Source: Myxococcota bacterium
Lineage (GTDB): Bacteria > Myxococcota_A > UBA9042 > PHBI01 > JAWLBL01
Reading direction: 5' to 3'
Assembly: GCA_041687695.1 (NCBI GenBank)
Contig: JAWLBL010000027.1
Coordinates: forward strand, 1-64,000
DNA: 64,000 nt
The notes under the pieces were generated by a model. The model was not told the origin of the DNA. It was given only the letters and a program-made list of their open reading frames with translations, and did no database searches. Of this stretch, positions 1 through 9,654 are shown piece after piece (the stretch's first letter is position 1; every line of letters starts with the position of its first letter). Both the position numbers and the translations under genes were made by a program.

Positions 1-50
1 TAGGCACGCCGCCAGCGTTCGTTCTGAGCCAGGATCAAACTCTCCAGTTG
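1..50 (-). rRNA. rrs: 16S rRNA, 5' end only (gene continues past the window's left edge)
   Basis: Reverse complement reads CAACTGGAGAGTTTGATCCTGGCTCAGAACGAACGCTGGCGGCGTGCCTA, which contains the universal 27F site. Confidence 0.98.
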
Positions 51-158
51 AGCTTGACATGTTGGTCCGACCTCTTGGGCCGAACCGATTCGGTTTCCCG
101 ACGTCCGCGCCTTGCGGCTCGGGCGTCGGGTGGGACCCAACTTGCTTCCTGCTATCCA

Positions 159-171
159 GTTTTCAAGGAAC
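159..171 (-). promoter_or_regulatory. rrn leader boxA-like antitermination element
   Basis: Minus strand GTTCCTTGAAAAC in the 16S leader resembles the rrn boxA motif GTTCTTTGAAAAC. Confidence 0.65.
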
Positions 172-246
172 GACGATGACTTGGCCGACCGCGACCGCCC
201 CCATCGGGGCTGTTCGTTTTCGGCTCGCCGAAGCGACGAGGCCGGC

Positions 247-286
247 ATCTTAGGTGCTCAGCGGGGGATGTCAACCACTTTTTTTT
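247..286 (-). promoter_or_regulatory. rrn promoter (proximal) with A-tract UP-like element
   Basis: TTGACA (269-274), 16 nt, TAAGAT (247-252); A8 tract upstream at 279-286. Confidence 0.85.
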
Positions 287-422
287 CCATCCCCGCTCGA
301 CCCTCGCGCCCTGAGGCGGTTCCGGGTCGTGCACCTGTCCAGGCTAGGCCTGGACGGCTCCGCGCGCCCTGGGGCGGCGGGGCTCTCGCTCTGGGCCCGT
401 GGGCCATCGAGTGAGGAGCCGG

Positions 423-450
423 AGTCTATTCATTCGGCGTGTCTTGTCAA
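423..450 (-). promoter_or_regulatory. rrn promoter (middle)
   Basis: TTGACA (445-450), 16 nt, TAGACT (423-428). Confidence 0.8.
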
Positions 451-528
451 CGACTTTCTCACCGGCGCTCCGGTGAGCTGTGCCGCGTCGTGGGCCCCCT
501 GAGGGGCTCGCCGCCGCAGCGGGAGCGG

Positions 529-556
529 AATCTAGCCACGGCGGCCGAGGTGTCAA
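529..556 (-). promoter_or_regulatory. rrn promoter (distal)
   Basis: TTGACA (551-556), 16 nt, TAGATT (529-534). Confidence 0.8.
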
Positions 557-881
557 CCAAGAATTCGTCGTAGCCCTTCCCGTTTTGTCGTTCGGGCGGG
601 CTCCAGGGACGAGAGATGTGCGTTTCGGCCTGTGTTCATGCGGCTCTTCCGCGTGACCACGGGTCGCCGGCGCCGACGCGAGCCGCCGCTGGCCGGGCCT
701 GCGACGTGCGCCGCTGATCGGAGAGTGGCGATCGGAGCCGCTCGCTCGGCCGGGCCAGGGGGGGCGACGGCGACCAGGGTAGAGCACGTAGGTGAGGGTC
801 GGATCGGGCGTGGTCGCGGGGCGCGCCCAGGGAGGATCACGCGCGATCGGGAGGTGCGAAGCCACCGCCGCAACACTATTA

Positions 882-917
882 TGGGGAGGGAGGCTGGGGA
901 GGGAGGCTGGGGAGGGG
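882..917 (+). repeat. 13-nt G-rich tandem repeat (TGGGGAGGGAGGC, ~2.8 copies), G-quadruplex-capable
   Basis: GGGG-A-GGG-AGGCT-GGGG-A-GGG-AGGCT-GGGG-A-GGGG read directly. Confidence 0.7.
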
Positions 918-948
918 CGCCGCTGGCGGGTTCGCCGAGAGCGCGGCG

Positions 949-3900
949 GCGTGATCCCGCTGAGCCGTGGGCCGAGGCCTTGGCGGTTTCGGCTCGCGTG
1001 ATCCAGCCGGGGCGTTCGCCGACGCCTTGGCGAACCACCCCGCGTGATCCGGCCGAGGCGTGGGCCGAGCCCTTGGCGGTGGCGGCCCGCGTGATCCAGC
1101 CGAGCTCTTGGTGGTGGCGGTCCGCGTGATTCGGCCGAGCCGTGGGCGCAGGCCTTGGCGGTGGCGGCCCGCGTGAGCCAGCCGGGGCGTTCGCCGACGC
1201 CTTGGCGAACCATCCCGCGTGATCCGGCCGAGGCGTGGGCCGAGCCCTTGGCGGTGGCGGCCCGCGTGATCCAGCCGAGCTCTTGGTGGTGGCGGTCCGC
1301 GTGATTCGGCCGAGCCGTGGGCGCAGGCCTTGGCGGTGGCGGCCCGCGTGAGCCAGCCGGGGCGTTCGCCGACGCCTTGGCGAACCATCCCGCGTGATCC
1401 GGCCGAGGCGTGGGCCGAGCCCTTGGCGGTGGCGGCCCGCGTGATCCAGCCGAGCTGTGGGCCGAGGCCGTGGCGGTGGCGGCTCGTGTGATCCGGCCGA
1501 GCTGCGGGCCGAGGCCTTGGCGGTGGCGGCTCGTGATCCAGCCGACCCGTCGGCGGAGGCCTTGGCGGTGGCGGCCCGCGGCGGCCAACCGAGCCGTGGG
1601 CCAAGCCCTTGGTCGTGTCGCCTCGCGTGATTCAGCCGGGGCGTTCGCCGACGCCTTGGCGTACCGGCCCGCGAGGTCCGGCCGAGCTGTGGGCCGAGGC
1701 CGTGGCGGTAGTGGCCCGCGTGATCCGGCCGAGCCGTGGGCGGAGGCCTTGGCGGTGGCGGCTCGCGTGATCCAGCCGAGCTGTGGGCCGATGCCTTGGC
1801 GGTGTCGGCCCACGTGAGCCAGCCGAGCCGTCGGTCGAGCTCGTGGAGGTGTCGGCCCGCGTGGGCCAGCCGAGCCGTGGGCCAAGCCCTTGGCCGTGTC
1901 GCCTCGCGTGATCCAGCCGGGGCGTTCGCCGACGCCTTGGCGTACCGGCCCGCGAGGTCCGGCCGAGCTGTGGGCCGAGGCCGTGGCGGTGGCGGCCCCC
2001 GTGATCCGGCCGAGCCGTGGGCGGAGGCCTTGGAGGTGTCGGCTCGTGTGATCCGGCCGAGCTGTGGGCCGAGGCCGTGGCGGTGGCGGCCCGCGTGAGC
2101 CGGCCGAGCTGTGGGCCGAGGCCGTGGCGGTGGCGGCCCGCGTGAGCCAGCCGAGCTGTGGGCCGAGGCCGTGGCGGTGGCGGCCCGCGTGAGCCGGCCG
2201 AGCTGTGGGCCGAGGCCGTGGCGGTGGCGGCCCGCGTGAGCCAGCCGAGCTGTGGGCCGAGGCCGTGGCGGTGGCGGCTCGTGTGAGCCAGCCGAGCTGT
2301 GGGCCGAGGCCGTGGCGGTGGCGGCCCGCGTGAGCCAGCCGAGCTGTGGGCCGAGGCCGTGGCGGTGGCGGCTCGTGTGATCCGGCCGTGCCGTGGGCGG
2401 AGGCCTTGGAGGTGTCGGCTCGTGTGATCCAGCCGAGCTGTGGGCCGAGCCCCTGGCGGTGGCGGCTCGAGTGATCCAGCCGAGCCGTGGACGGAGCCCT
2501 TGGTGGTGGCGGTCCGCGTGATTCGGCCGAGCCGTGGGCGCAGGCCTTGGCGGTGGCGGCCCGCGTGATCCAGCCGAGCCGTGGGCGGAGGCCTTGGCGG
2601 TGGCGGCCCGCGTGATCCAGCCGAGCCGTGGGCGGAGGCCTTGGCGGTGGCGGCCCGCGTGATCCAGCCGAGGCCTTGGCGGTGGCGGCTCGTGTGATCC
2701 AGTCAAGTTGTGGGCGGAGGCCTTGGCGGTGGCGGCCCCCGTGATCCGGCCGAGCCGTGGGCGGAGGCCTTGGCGGTGGCGGCCCGCGTGATCCAGCCGA
2801 GGCCTTTGCGGTGGCGACTCGCGTGATCCGGCCGAGGTCTTGGCGGTGTCGGCTCGTGTGATCCAGCCAAGCTGTGGGCGGAGGTCTTGCCGGTGGCGGC
2901 CCGCGTGATCCAGCCCAGCCGCGGGCCAAGCCCTTGGGGTTGTCGGCTCGGGTGAGCCAGCCGAGGACCTGGCGGTGGCGGGCCGGTGATCCTGCCGAGC
3001 TGTGGGCCGAGGCCTTGGCGGTGGCGGCCCGCGTGGGCCAGCCGAGCCGTGGGCCAAGCCCTTGGCCGTGTCGCCTCGCGTGATCCGGCCGGGGCGTTCG
3101 CCGACGCCTTGGCGTACCGGCCCGCGAGGTCCGGCCGAGCTGTGGGCCGAGGCCGTGGCGGTAGTGGCCCGCGTGATCCGGCCGAGCTGTGGGTCGAACT
3201 CTTGGCGGTGTCGGCTCGCGTGATGCAGCCGAGCTGTGGGCCGATGCGTTGGCGGTGTCGGCCTGCGTGATCCAGCCGAGCCGTCGGTCGAGCTCGTGGA
3301 GGTGTCGGCCTGCGTGATCCAGCCGAGCCGTCGGTCGAACTCGTGGCGGTGTCGGCCTGCGTGATCCAGCCAAGCCGTGGGCGGAGGTCTTGGCGGGGGC
3401 CTCCCGCGTGATCCAGCCGAGGCCTTGGCGGTGGCCGCCCGCGTGAGCCAGCCGAGGCCTTGGCGGTGGCGGCCCGCGGCGGCCAACCGAGCCGTGGGCC
3501 AAGCCCTTGGCCGTGTCGCCTCGCGTGATCCAGCCGGGGCGTTCGCCGACGCCTTGGCGTACCGGCCCGCGAGGTCCGGCCGAGCTGTGGGCCGAGGCCG
3601 TGGCGGTAGTGGCCCGCGTGATCCGGCCGAGCTGTGGGTCGAACTCTTGGCGGTGGCGGCTCGCGTGATCTAGCCGAGCTGTGGGCCGAGGCCTTGGCGG
3701 CGTCGGCCCGCGTGATCCAGCCGAGCCGTGGGCGGAGGTCTTGGCGGTGGCCGCCCGCGTGGTCCAGCCGAGGCCTTGGCGGTGGCGGCTCGCGTGATCC
3801 TGCCGAGCCGTGGGCGGAGGCCTTGGCGGTGGCGGCCCGCGCGATCCAGCCGAGGCCTTGGCGGTGGCGGCTCGCGTGATCCGGCCGAGTCGTGGGCCGA

Positions 3901-4930
3901 GCCTTGGCGGTGTCGGCCCACGTGATCCAGGCGAGCCGTCGGTCGAGTTCGTGGCGGTGTCGGCCTGCGTGATCCAGCCAAGCCGTGGGCGGAAGCCTTG
4001 GCGGTGGCGGCCCGCGTGATCCAGCCGAGCCGTGGGCGGAGGCCTTGGCAGTGGCGGCTCGCGTGATCCGGCCGAGGTCTTGGCGGTGGCGGCTCGCGTG
4101 ATCCGGCCGAGGTCTTGGCGGTGTCGGCTCGTGTGATCCAGCCGAGCTGTGGGCCGAGGTCTTGGCGGTGGCGGCTCGCGTGATCCGGCCGAGGTCTTGG
4201 CGGTGTCGGCTCGTGTGATCCAGCCAAGCTGTGGGCGGAGGTCTTGCCGGTGGCGGCCCGCGTGATCCAGCCCAGCCGCGGGCCAAGCCCTTGGGGTTGT
4301 CGGCTCGGGTGAGCCAGCCGAGGACCTGGCGGTGGCGGGCCGGTGATCCTGCCGAGCTGTGGGCCGAGGCCTTGGCGGTGGCGGCCCGCGTGGGCCAGCC
4401 GAGCCGTGGGCCAAGCCCTTGGCCGTGTCGGCTCGCGGGATCCTGCCGAGCCGTGGGCCAAGGCCTTGGCCGTGTCGGCTCGCGGGATCCAGCCGCGGCC
4501 TTGGCGGTGGCGGCTCGCGTGATCCGGCCGCGCTGTGGGCCGAGGCCGTGGCGGTAATGGCCCGCGTGATCCGGCCGAGCTGTGGGTCGAACGGTTGGCA
4601 GTGGCGGCCCGGGTGATCCTGCCGAGCCGTGGGTCGAGGCCCGTGCGGTGTCGGCCCGCGTGATCCAGACGAGCCGTGGGGCGACGCTTGGCGGTGGCGG
4701 CCCGCGTGATCCAGACGAGCCGTGGGCGGAGCCCTTGGCGGTGGCGGCTCGCGTGATCCAGACGAGCCGTGGGCCGAGGCCTTGGCGGTGTCGGCTCGCG
4801 TGATCCTGCCGAGCTGTGGGCCGAGCCCTTGGCGGTGTCGGCTCGCGTGAGCCCGCCGAGGACCTGGCGGGGGCGGGCCGGTGATCCAGCCGAGCTGTAG
4901 GCCGAGCCCTTGGCGGTGGCGGCCCCCCGC
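949..4930. repeat. ~4-kb degenerate tandem satellite of 47-nt and 35-nt units
   Basis: Consensus about GCCGAGCCGTGG-GCCGAGGCCTTGGCGGTGGCGGCCCGCGTGATCCA. Exact 47-nt period at 2103/2150/2197. The 35-nt units lack the first 12 nt. Roughly 85-90 units, estimated from length. Confidence 0.97.
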
Positions 4931-4951
4931 TCGCGCGACCGGGGGGCCGCC
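4918..4951. other. 12-bp GC hairpin at the right end of the satellite
   Basis: GGCGGCCCCCCG, 10-nt loop, CGGGGGGCCGCC (perfect inverted repeat). Confidence 0.7.
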
Positions 4952-5267
4952 GATGCGAGGACCCCTCTCGCGCGTATTGGGGGAGGCGCGATCGATCGCA
5001 CGCGGATCGCGGGATCGCGGGATCGCGGGAGGGCCTCGTCGTGGCGGGGCGACCCGTGGCGACCTCGCGGCGGCAGGTCGGCGCAGCACACGAGGGAGCC
5101 GTTGGGAGATCGCGGCGTTCGACGAGGCGCTCCCCGGACGGCGCTCGACGAGCGTGTGCTGCTTTGGGTGGAGACCGCCGCAAGTCCGCTCCGTGAGGCG
5201 CGGCGCGTTGACACGGCCGCGGGGCGATCCGTAGCGTTACGAGCCGATCGGGCAAGGAGACGAGCTG

Positions 5268-6722
5268 ATGATCCTGCGGTACGTGCTTGCGGCCGGGCTG
5301 GCCCTGTTCCTGGTGGGCTGTGACGGAGCGTCGGGCGGGCCCGACGCGAAGGACGCCAGCGTGTCCACGGACACGGACGCGACGGGCGGGGACGGCAGCG
5401 ACGAGGACGGGACGACGGAGCCCGATCCGTGGGCGGCGCCGGAGGAGACGACCAGCTGGCGCGCTCTGTACAAGTACCGCGGCCGGCCCGGGTGCCCGAG
5501 CTCGGGCTCGAACGAGATCTGGCTGCACGATCCGGCGGCCGACACGACGAAGAAGCTGACGACGTTCGACGACATCGAGAACCTGGATCCGCCGGTGACC
5601 TGCAGCTACGGCTGCTTCGTCTCGGACGACGTGAAGTGGATCGCGGTCACGGTCGGGCCGCCGACCGCCGATGGGTTCAGCTTCCGGATCGGGCAGTTCA
5701 CGAACGCCAACATGGACGTGAAGCTGATCAAGGACCTGGTGCTCGAGGACAAGGTCGACTTCAAGTTCGCGGGATCGCGCCTGTACTACTCCGAGAAGGC
5801 GACCTGCGCGGGCGCCTCCTGCCAGTACGACATCTGGTATTACGATCTCGACAAGCTCACGCAGACCAAGATCCTGACCTTCCCGCCGGCGACCGAGCTC
5901 GAGCAGAGCACCTACAAGGGCCACTTCAAGGTCAGCCCGGACGGCGACAAGCTGATCCTGCTCAACACCACGATCCGGAGCGTCGGGGTGTACATGTGGA
6001 AGAGCGGGACCGGGCTGGTCGAGCTGGACTACCTGTGTAAGTTCGGGACCAAGGGCAACTGCCAGGGGACCGGATCGGAGTACGCGGACACCGACCCGGT
6101 CGCGATCTCGCACGACAGCCGACACGCCGTGTTCTTCACGTTCTCGGAGCGCTGGCAGCGGGCGCGGGTCTACCACCTGGAGGACCCCGGGGTGGTCGAG
6201 ACGGCCGTGCTGGCGAGCGTGCCGCAGGGGAGCTTCATCGAGAAGGCTTGTGAGTTCGGGGCGCTCGAGGACTGGCAGTGGCCCAGGGTCGTGGGGGACC
6301 CGATGTTCACGCCGGACGATCGGGAGGTCGTCTTCCTGACCGAACGCGACTGCGCCGGGCCCAACGGCAGCAAGCCCCAGAAGGCCCAACGGAACCTGGT
6401 GCGGGTCAAGCTGGACACCCTGCGTTCGGGCAAGACCCTGGAGGAAGCCGACATCTTCAACGTCACGCGCAGCCCGGCGGGCGACGTGACGGCCAACGTG
6501 TACGTGACGGCGTTCGATCTGACCCCCGATGGGGCGACGGTGATCTACACGGGCACGCCCAAGTACGGGCAGAGCGGCGATCTGCTGTCGGACTCGAGCA
6601 CCCGCAACCGCAACGATCGCGAGCTGTGGAGGGCGCGGCTGGACGGCACGAACGTTCAGCAGGTCACGAACGACCTATGCCTGCAGGCCGAGTCGCCCAC
6701 CGTGATCCCGCCCGGCCTCTGA
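5268..6722 (+). CDS. Lipoprotein, probable TolB-like/PD40 beta-propeller
   Basis: Lipobox LVGC, AGGAG RBS, recurring SPDG/TPDD/TPDG blade motifs, C-terminal RLDGTNVQQVT..AESP; possible TTGACA-18-TAGCGT promoter at 5208-5237. Confidence 0.75.
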   Translation: MILRYVLAAGLALFLVGCDGASGGPDAKDASVSTDTDATGGDGSDEDGTTEPDPWAAPEETTSWRALYKYRGRPGCPSSGSNEIWLHDPAADTTKKLTTFDDIENLDPPVTCSYGCFVSDDVKWIAVTVGPPTADGFSFRIGQFTNANMDVKLIKDLVLEDKVDFKFAGSRLYYSEKATCAGASCQYDIWYYDLDKLTQTKILTFPPATELEQSTYKGHFKVSPDGDKLILLNTTIRSVGVYMWKSGTGLVELDYLCKFGTKGNCQGTGSEYADTDPVAISHDSRHAVFFTFSERWQRARVYHLEDPGVVETAVLASVPQGSFIEKACEFGALEDWQWPRVVGDPMFTPDDREVVFLTERDCAGPNGSKPQKAQRNLVRVKLDTLRSGKTLEEADIFNVTRSPAGDVTANVYVTAFDLTPDGATVIYTGTPKYGQSGDLLSDSSTRNRNDRELWRARLDGTNVQQVTNDLCLQAESPTVIPPGL

Positions 6723-6880
6723 TCGGCGGGGACGGAGACGAGCGAGGGCCCGCGGTGGATGCCGCGGGCCCTTCGCGTATCTACGGCCAGGCCGGAGCGT
6801 CGACAGCCCTCGGCGAGGACGGGGCGGCGGCGGAGGCCGGTCTTGGGGGCTCGGATCGTCAGGCCGGAGGGTCGCGAGGC

Positions 6881-6921
6881 TTCGAAACGACAGAGGCCCG
6901 CGACGCGGAACGTCGCGGGCC
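6881..6921 (-). terminator. Hairpin terminator after etfA, with TTCGAA tail
   Basis: Stem GGCCCGCGACG/CGTCGCGGGCC (6895-6921) between convergent genes. Confidence 0.7.
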
Positions 6922-6947
6922 CCTGGAGAGGCTGGAGTCGGTAAGGC

Positions 6948-7919
6948 TCAGCGCAGGGCCTGCACCTTCTCGACGAGCTCGGGGACGATCTTGAAGGCGT
7001 CACCGACCAGGCCGTAGTCCGCCACCTGGAAGATGGGGGCGTCCGCGTCCTTGTTGATGGCGACGATCGTCTTGGAGTTCTTCATGCCGGCGAGGTGCTG
7101 GATGGCACCCGAGAGGGCGACGGCGATGTAGAGCTTGGGCGCGACGACCTTGCCGGTCTGGCCGATCTGGAAGTCGTTGGGGCAGAAGCCCGAGTCGACG
7201 GCGGCGCGGCTGGCGCCGATCGCGGCGCCGAAGGCGTCGGCGAGCGGCTCCATGACCTTGAAGAAGGTGTCGCCGTCCTTGAGGCCGCGGCCGCCCGAGA
7301 CGACGACGTCCGCGTCGGTGAGCTCGGGGCGCTCGGACTTGGTGCCCTCGAACTTCACGAAGCGGGCGCCAGCCTGACCCGGATCGACGGAGAAGGCCTC
7401 GAGCGGGCTGCCGGCGCCGGAGGTCTCGGCCGGGTCCAGCTCGGTGGTGCGGACGCCGATCACGGCCTTGGGCGTGTTGACGCGCACGGTCGCGATGACG
7501 TTGCCGGCGTACATCGGGCGCCGGTACAGCAGGGTCGAGCCCTCGCCGGCGAGGCTCACGCAGTCGGCGACCATGCCGGCGCCGATCGCGGCGGCCACGC
7601 GCGGCAGGAGATCCTTGCCGAAGGTGCCGGCCGAGCCGAGCACGAAGGCGGCGCCGGTCTGCGCGGCGAGGGCCTTGACGGCGTTGGTGTACGGCTGCGC
7701 CAGGTAGTTGGCGAAGGCCGGGGCGTCGATGGTGTAGACCTTCTCGGCCCCGTAGGCGGCCAGGGAGTCGGCGACGCCCTGCACGCCCGAGCCGATGACG
7801 GCGATGTCATAGGCGCCGCCGGTGCGCTGGGCGAGCTGACGGGCCAGGGTGATGACGCTGAGGGTGCTCTTCTTGAGCTCGCCGTCCTGCTGATCGGCGA
7901 TGACGAGGATGTTGGCCAT
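6948..7919 (-). CDS. etfA: Electron transfer flavoprotein alpha subunit
   Basis: [53 protein letters not shown] motifs. Confidence 0.97.
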   Translation of the reverse strand: MANILVIADQQDGELKKSTLSVITLARQLAQRTGGAYDIAVIGSGVQGVADSLAAYGAEKVYTIDAPAFANYLAQPYTNAVKALAAQTGAAFVLGSAGTFGKDLLPRVAAAIGAGMVADCVSLAGEGSTLLYRRPMYAGNVIATVRVNTPKAVIGVRTTELDPAETSGAGSPLEAFSVDPGQAGARFVKFEGTKSERPELTDADVVVSGGRGLKDGDTFFKVMEPLADAFGAAIGASRAAVDSGFCPNDFQIGQTGKVVAPKLYIAVALSGAIQHLAGMKNSKTIVAINKDADAPIFQVADYGLVGDAFKIVPELVEKVQALR

Positions 7920-7931
7920 GTGCGGTTCCTC

Positions 7932-8684
7932 CTAGAGCACGCGGGCTTCGTTGCGGAGCTTCTCGAGCAGCTCGTCCACCGAGCCGACCATGACGCCGGC
8001 CTTGCGCCCGGCGGGCTCCTCGAGGCTGAGGACCTCGACCTTCAGGGCGGTGTCGGTGATCTCGAGGTCGTCGAGGTCCATGTCCTCGATCGGCTTCTTC
8101 TTGGCCTTCATGATGCCGGGCAGCGAGGCGTAGCGCGGCTCGTTGAGGCGAAGGTCGGCCGTGATGACGGCCGGCAGCTGCAGGGCGATGGTCTCGAGGC
8201 CGCCGTCGACCTCGCGCGTGACCACGGCCTCGGAGCCCTCGATGGAGACCTCGGAGGCGAAGCAGGCCTGCGGCAGGCCGAGGTACTCGGCGACCAGCTG
8301 GCCGACCTGGTTGTTGTCGCCGTCGACGGCCTGCTTGCCGAGGATGAAGAGGTCGGGCTCCTCCTCCTTGAAGACGGCGGCGAAGATGCGCGCGGCGAGA
8401 TCGCTGTCGAGGGCCTTGTCCTCGACGTCGACGCGGATGCCGCGGTCGGCGCCCATCGCCAGGCCGGCGCGGATCGTCTGGGTGACGTCGTCCGGGCCGA
8501 TGCTGACGACGACCACCTCGCCCCCGTGCTCGTCGCGGAGCTTGAGGGCCTCTTCGATGGCGTTCTCGTCGAACGGGTTGACCTTGTACTCGACCGACTC
8601 GCTGTCGACGGCGCTCTTGTCCGCCTTCAGCTTGATGCGCGCGTCCGGGTCGATGACCCGCTTGGCGCTGACCAGGATCTTCAC
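7932..8684 (-). CDS. etfB: Electron transfer flavoprotein beta subunit
   Basis: GTG start with GGAGG RBS; KILVSAKRV, NPFDENAIEEAL, GKQAVDGD, LNEPRYASLPGIMKAKKK. Confidence 0.97.
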   Translation of the reverse strand: MKILVSAKRVIDPDARIKLKADKSAVDSESVEYKVNPFDENAIEEALKLRDEHGGEVVVVSIGPDDVTQTIRAGLAMGADRGIRVDVEDKALDSDLAARIFAAVFKEEEPDLFILGKQAVDGDNNQVGQLVAEYLGLPQACFASEVSIEGSEAVVTREVDGGLETIALQLPAVITADLRLNEPRYASLPGIMKAKKKPIEDMDLDDLEITDTALKVEVLSLEEPAGRKAGVMVGSVDELLEKLRNEARVL

Positions 8685-9346
8685 GCGAGGTCCTCCTTTT
8701 GGGGGGTGGCTGGGGTAGTCGTCGTGTTCGGGGACAGGGTGGGCGCCGCGTCCCGCGCAACCGAAGGACGCACGAGCAGGCCGTCGAGGAAGATGGAAGC
8801 GGTCTCGCCCCAGGCGTCCTCGAGCGCGGTGCCGCGGTCGTCCATCGCCCACTCGAGGGCGAGCTCGTCGACGGCGCCGAAGAGCATGCGGGCGACGCGG
8901 CGCGGCTGGCAGGTCGGCGAGAACAGGCCGCGGGCCTGACCGTCGCTGACGATACGAGCGATGATGCCCAGGTAGCGACCGAAAGGCTTCATGTCCGTGC
9001 CGCGCATGAACTTGCTGGACTGGCGCAGCTCGACCGTGATGACCTCGGCCAGCGCGGGGCTCTGCGAGACGCTCTCGAAGTGCACGCGGATGAAGCGGCG
9101 GAGCCGCTCGACCGGGCACTCGAGGCCGGCCAGCGCGTCTTCCTGGATGCGGAGCGCCTGCTCCATCGTGTCCATGAAGACCTGGACGAGGATGTCCTCT
9201 TTGCTCTTGAAGTAGAGGTAGATCGTGCCGTCGGCCACGCCGGCCTCGCGCGCGATCTGCGCGACCTTGCTGTTGTAGAAGCCGTTCTGCGCGAAGACCC
9301 GCACTGCGGCGTCGAGGATCTTGCGCCGTTTGTCGGGCTGGGACAT
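8681..9346 (-). CDS. TetR-family regulator, Bacillus FadR(YsiA)-like
   Basis: HTH ILDAAVRVFAQNGFYNSKVAQIAREAGVADGTIYLYFKSKEDIL; GTGA overlap with etfB. Confidence 0.9.
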   Translation of the reverse strand: MSQPDKRRKILDAAVRVFAQNGFYNSKVAQIAREAGVADGTIYLYFKSKEDILVQVFMDTMEQALRIQEDALAGLECPVERLRRFIRVHFESVSQSPALAEVITVELRQSSKFMRGTDMKPFGRYLGIIARIVSDGQARGLFSPTCQPRRVARMLFGAVDELALEWAMDDRGTALEDAWGETASIFLDGLLVRPSVARDAAPTLSPNTTTTPATPQKEDLA

Positions 9347-9360
9347 GCGGTGAACGCCTC

Positions 9361-9416
9361 CTGAATGAACCGCCATTCAGCGCGCGCAAGCTAGCACACG
9401 CCCGATCGGGGTACAA
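9361..9416 (-). promoter_or_regulatory. Promoter plus palindromic FadR-type operator
   Basis: TTGTAC-17-(TG)TAGCTT (9416-9388), followed by CTGAATG-N6-CATTCAG (9361-9380). Confidence 0.75.
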
Positions 9417-9654
9417 GCTTCATGGCGACGCGCGCGGCGACGCGCGCGGGCGGGCTCGCGACGCCACCGATGGGCAGGCCGCCGAGACGACATGACGGGC
9501 CGCCGGGACGAGCTGGGGGACGCCGCGTGGGGTGCGACGGGCGCGGGCCAAGCCTTCGCCTTGACGCGTCCCGAGGCCCACAGGGATACTTCCGGCGCCG
9601 CGGTCAGGCGCGACGGTGCCTCGGGGCGCCTGGTTGGAGCACGGAGGCGCATCG

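Noticed and set aside
59..502. Small + strand ORFs
   Set aside because: They are antisense to the rRNA leader and promoter region and show no protein-like features.
860..892. Possible dif site near AACACTATTATG
   Set aside because: Only TTATG matches the XerD arm; the remainder (GGGAGG) and the XerC arm do not fit.
949..4930. CRISPR array or TALE-like coding repeat
   Set aside because: There are no unique spacers between repeats, the units are contiguous and degenerate, no cas genes are present, and the period is not divisible by 3.
344..5089. 1581-aa, 977-aa, 1228-aa and 514-aa minus-strand ORFs over the repeat array
   Set aside because: All three minus frames are open simply because the unit rarely contains TCA, TTA or CTA. 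The 47/35-nt period cycles the same peptides through the frames, and there is no credible start or RBS.
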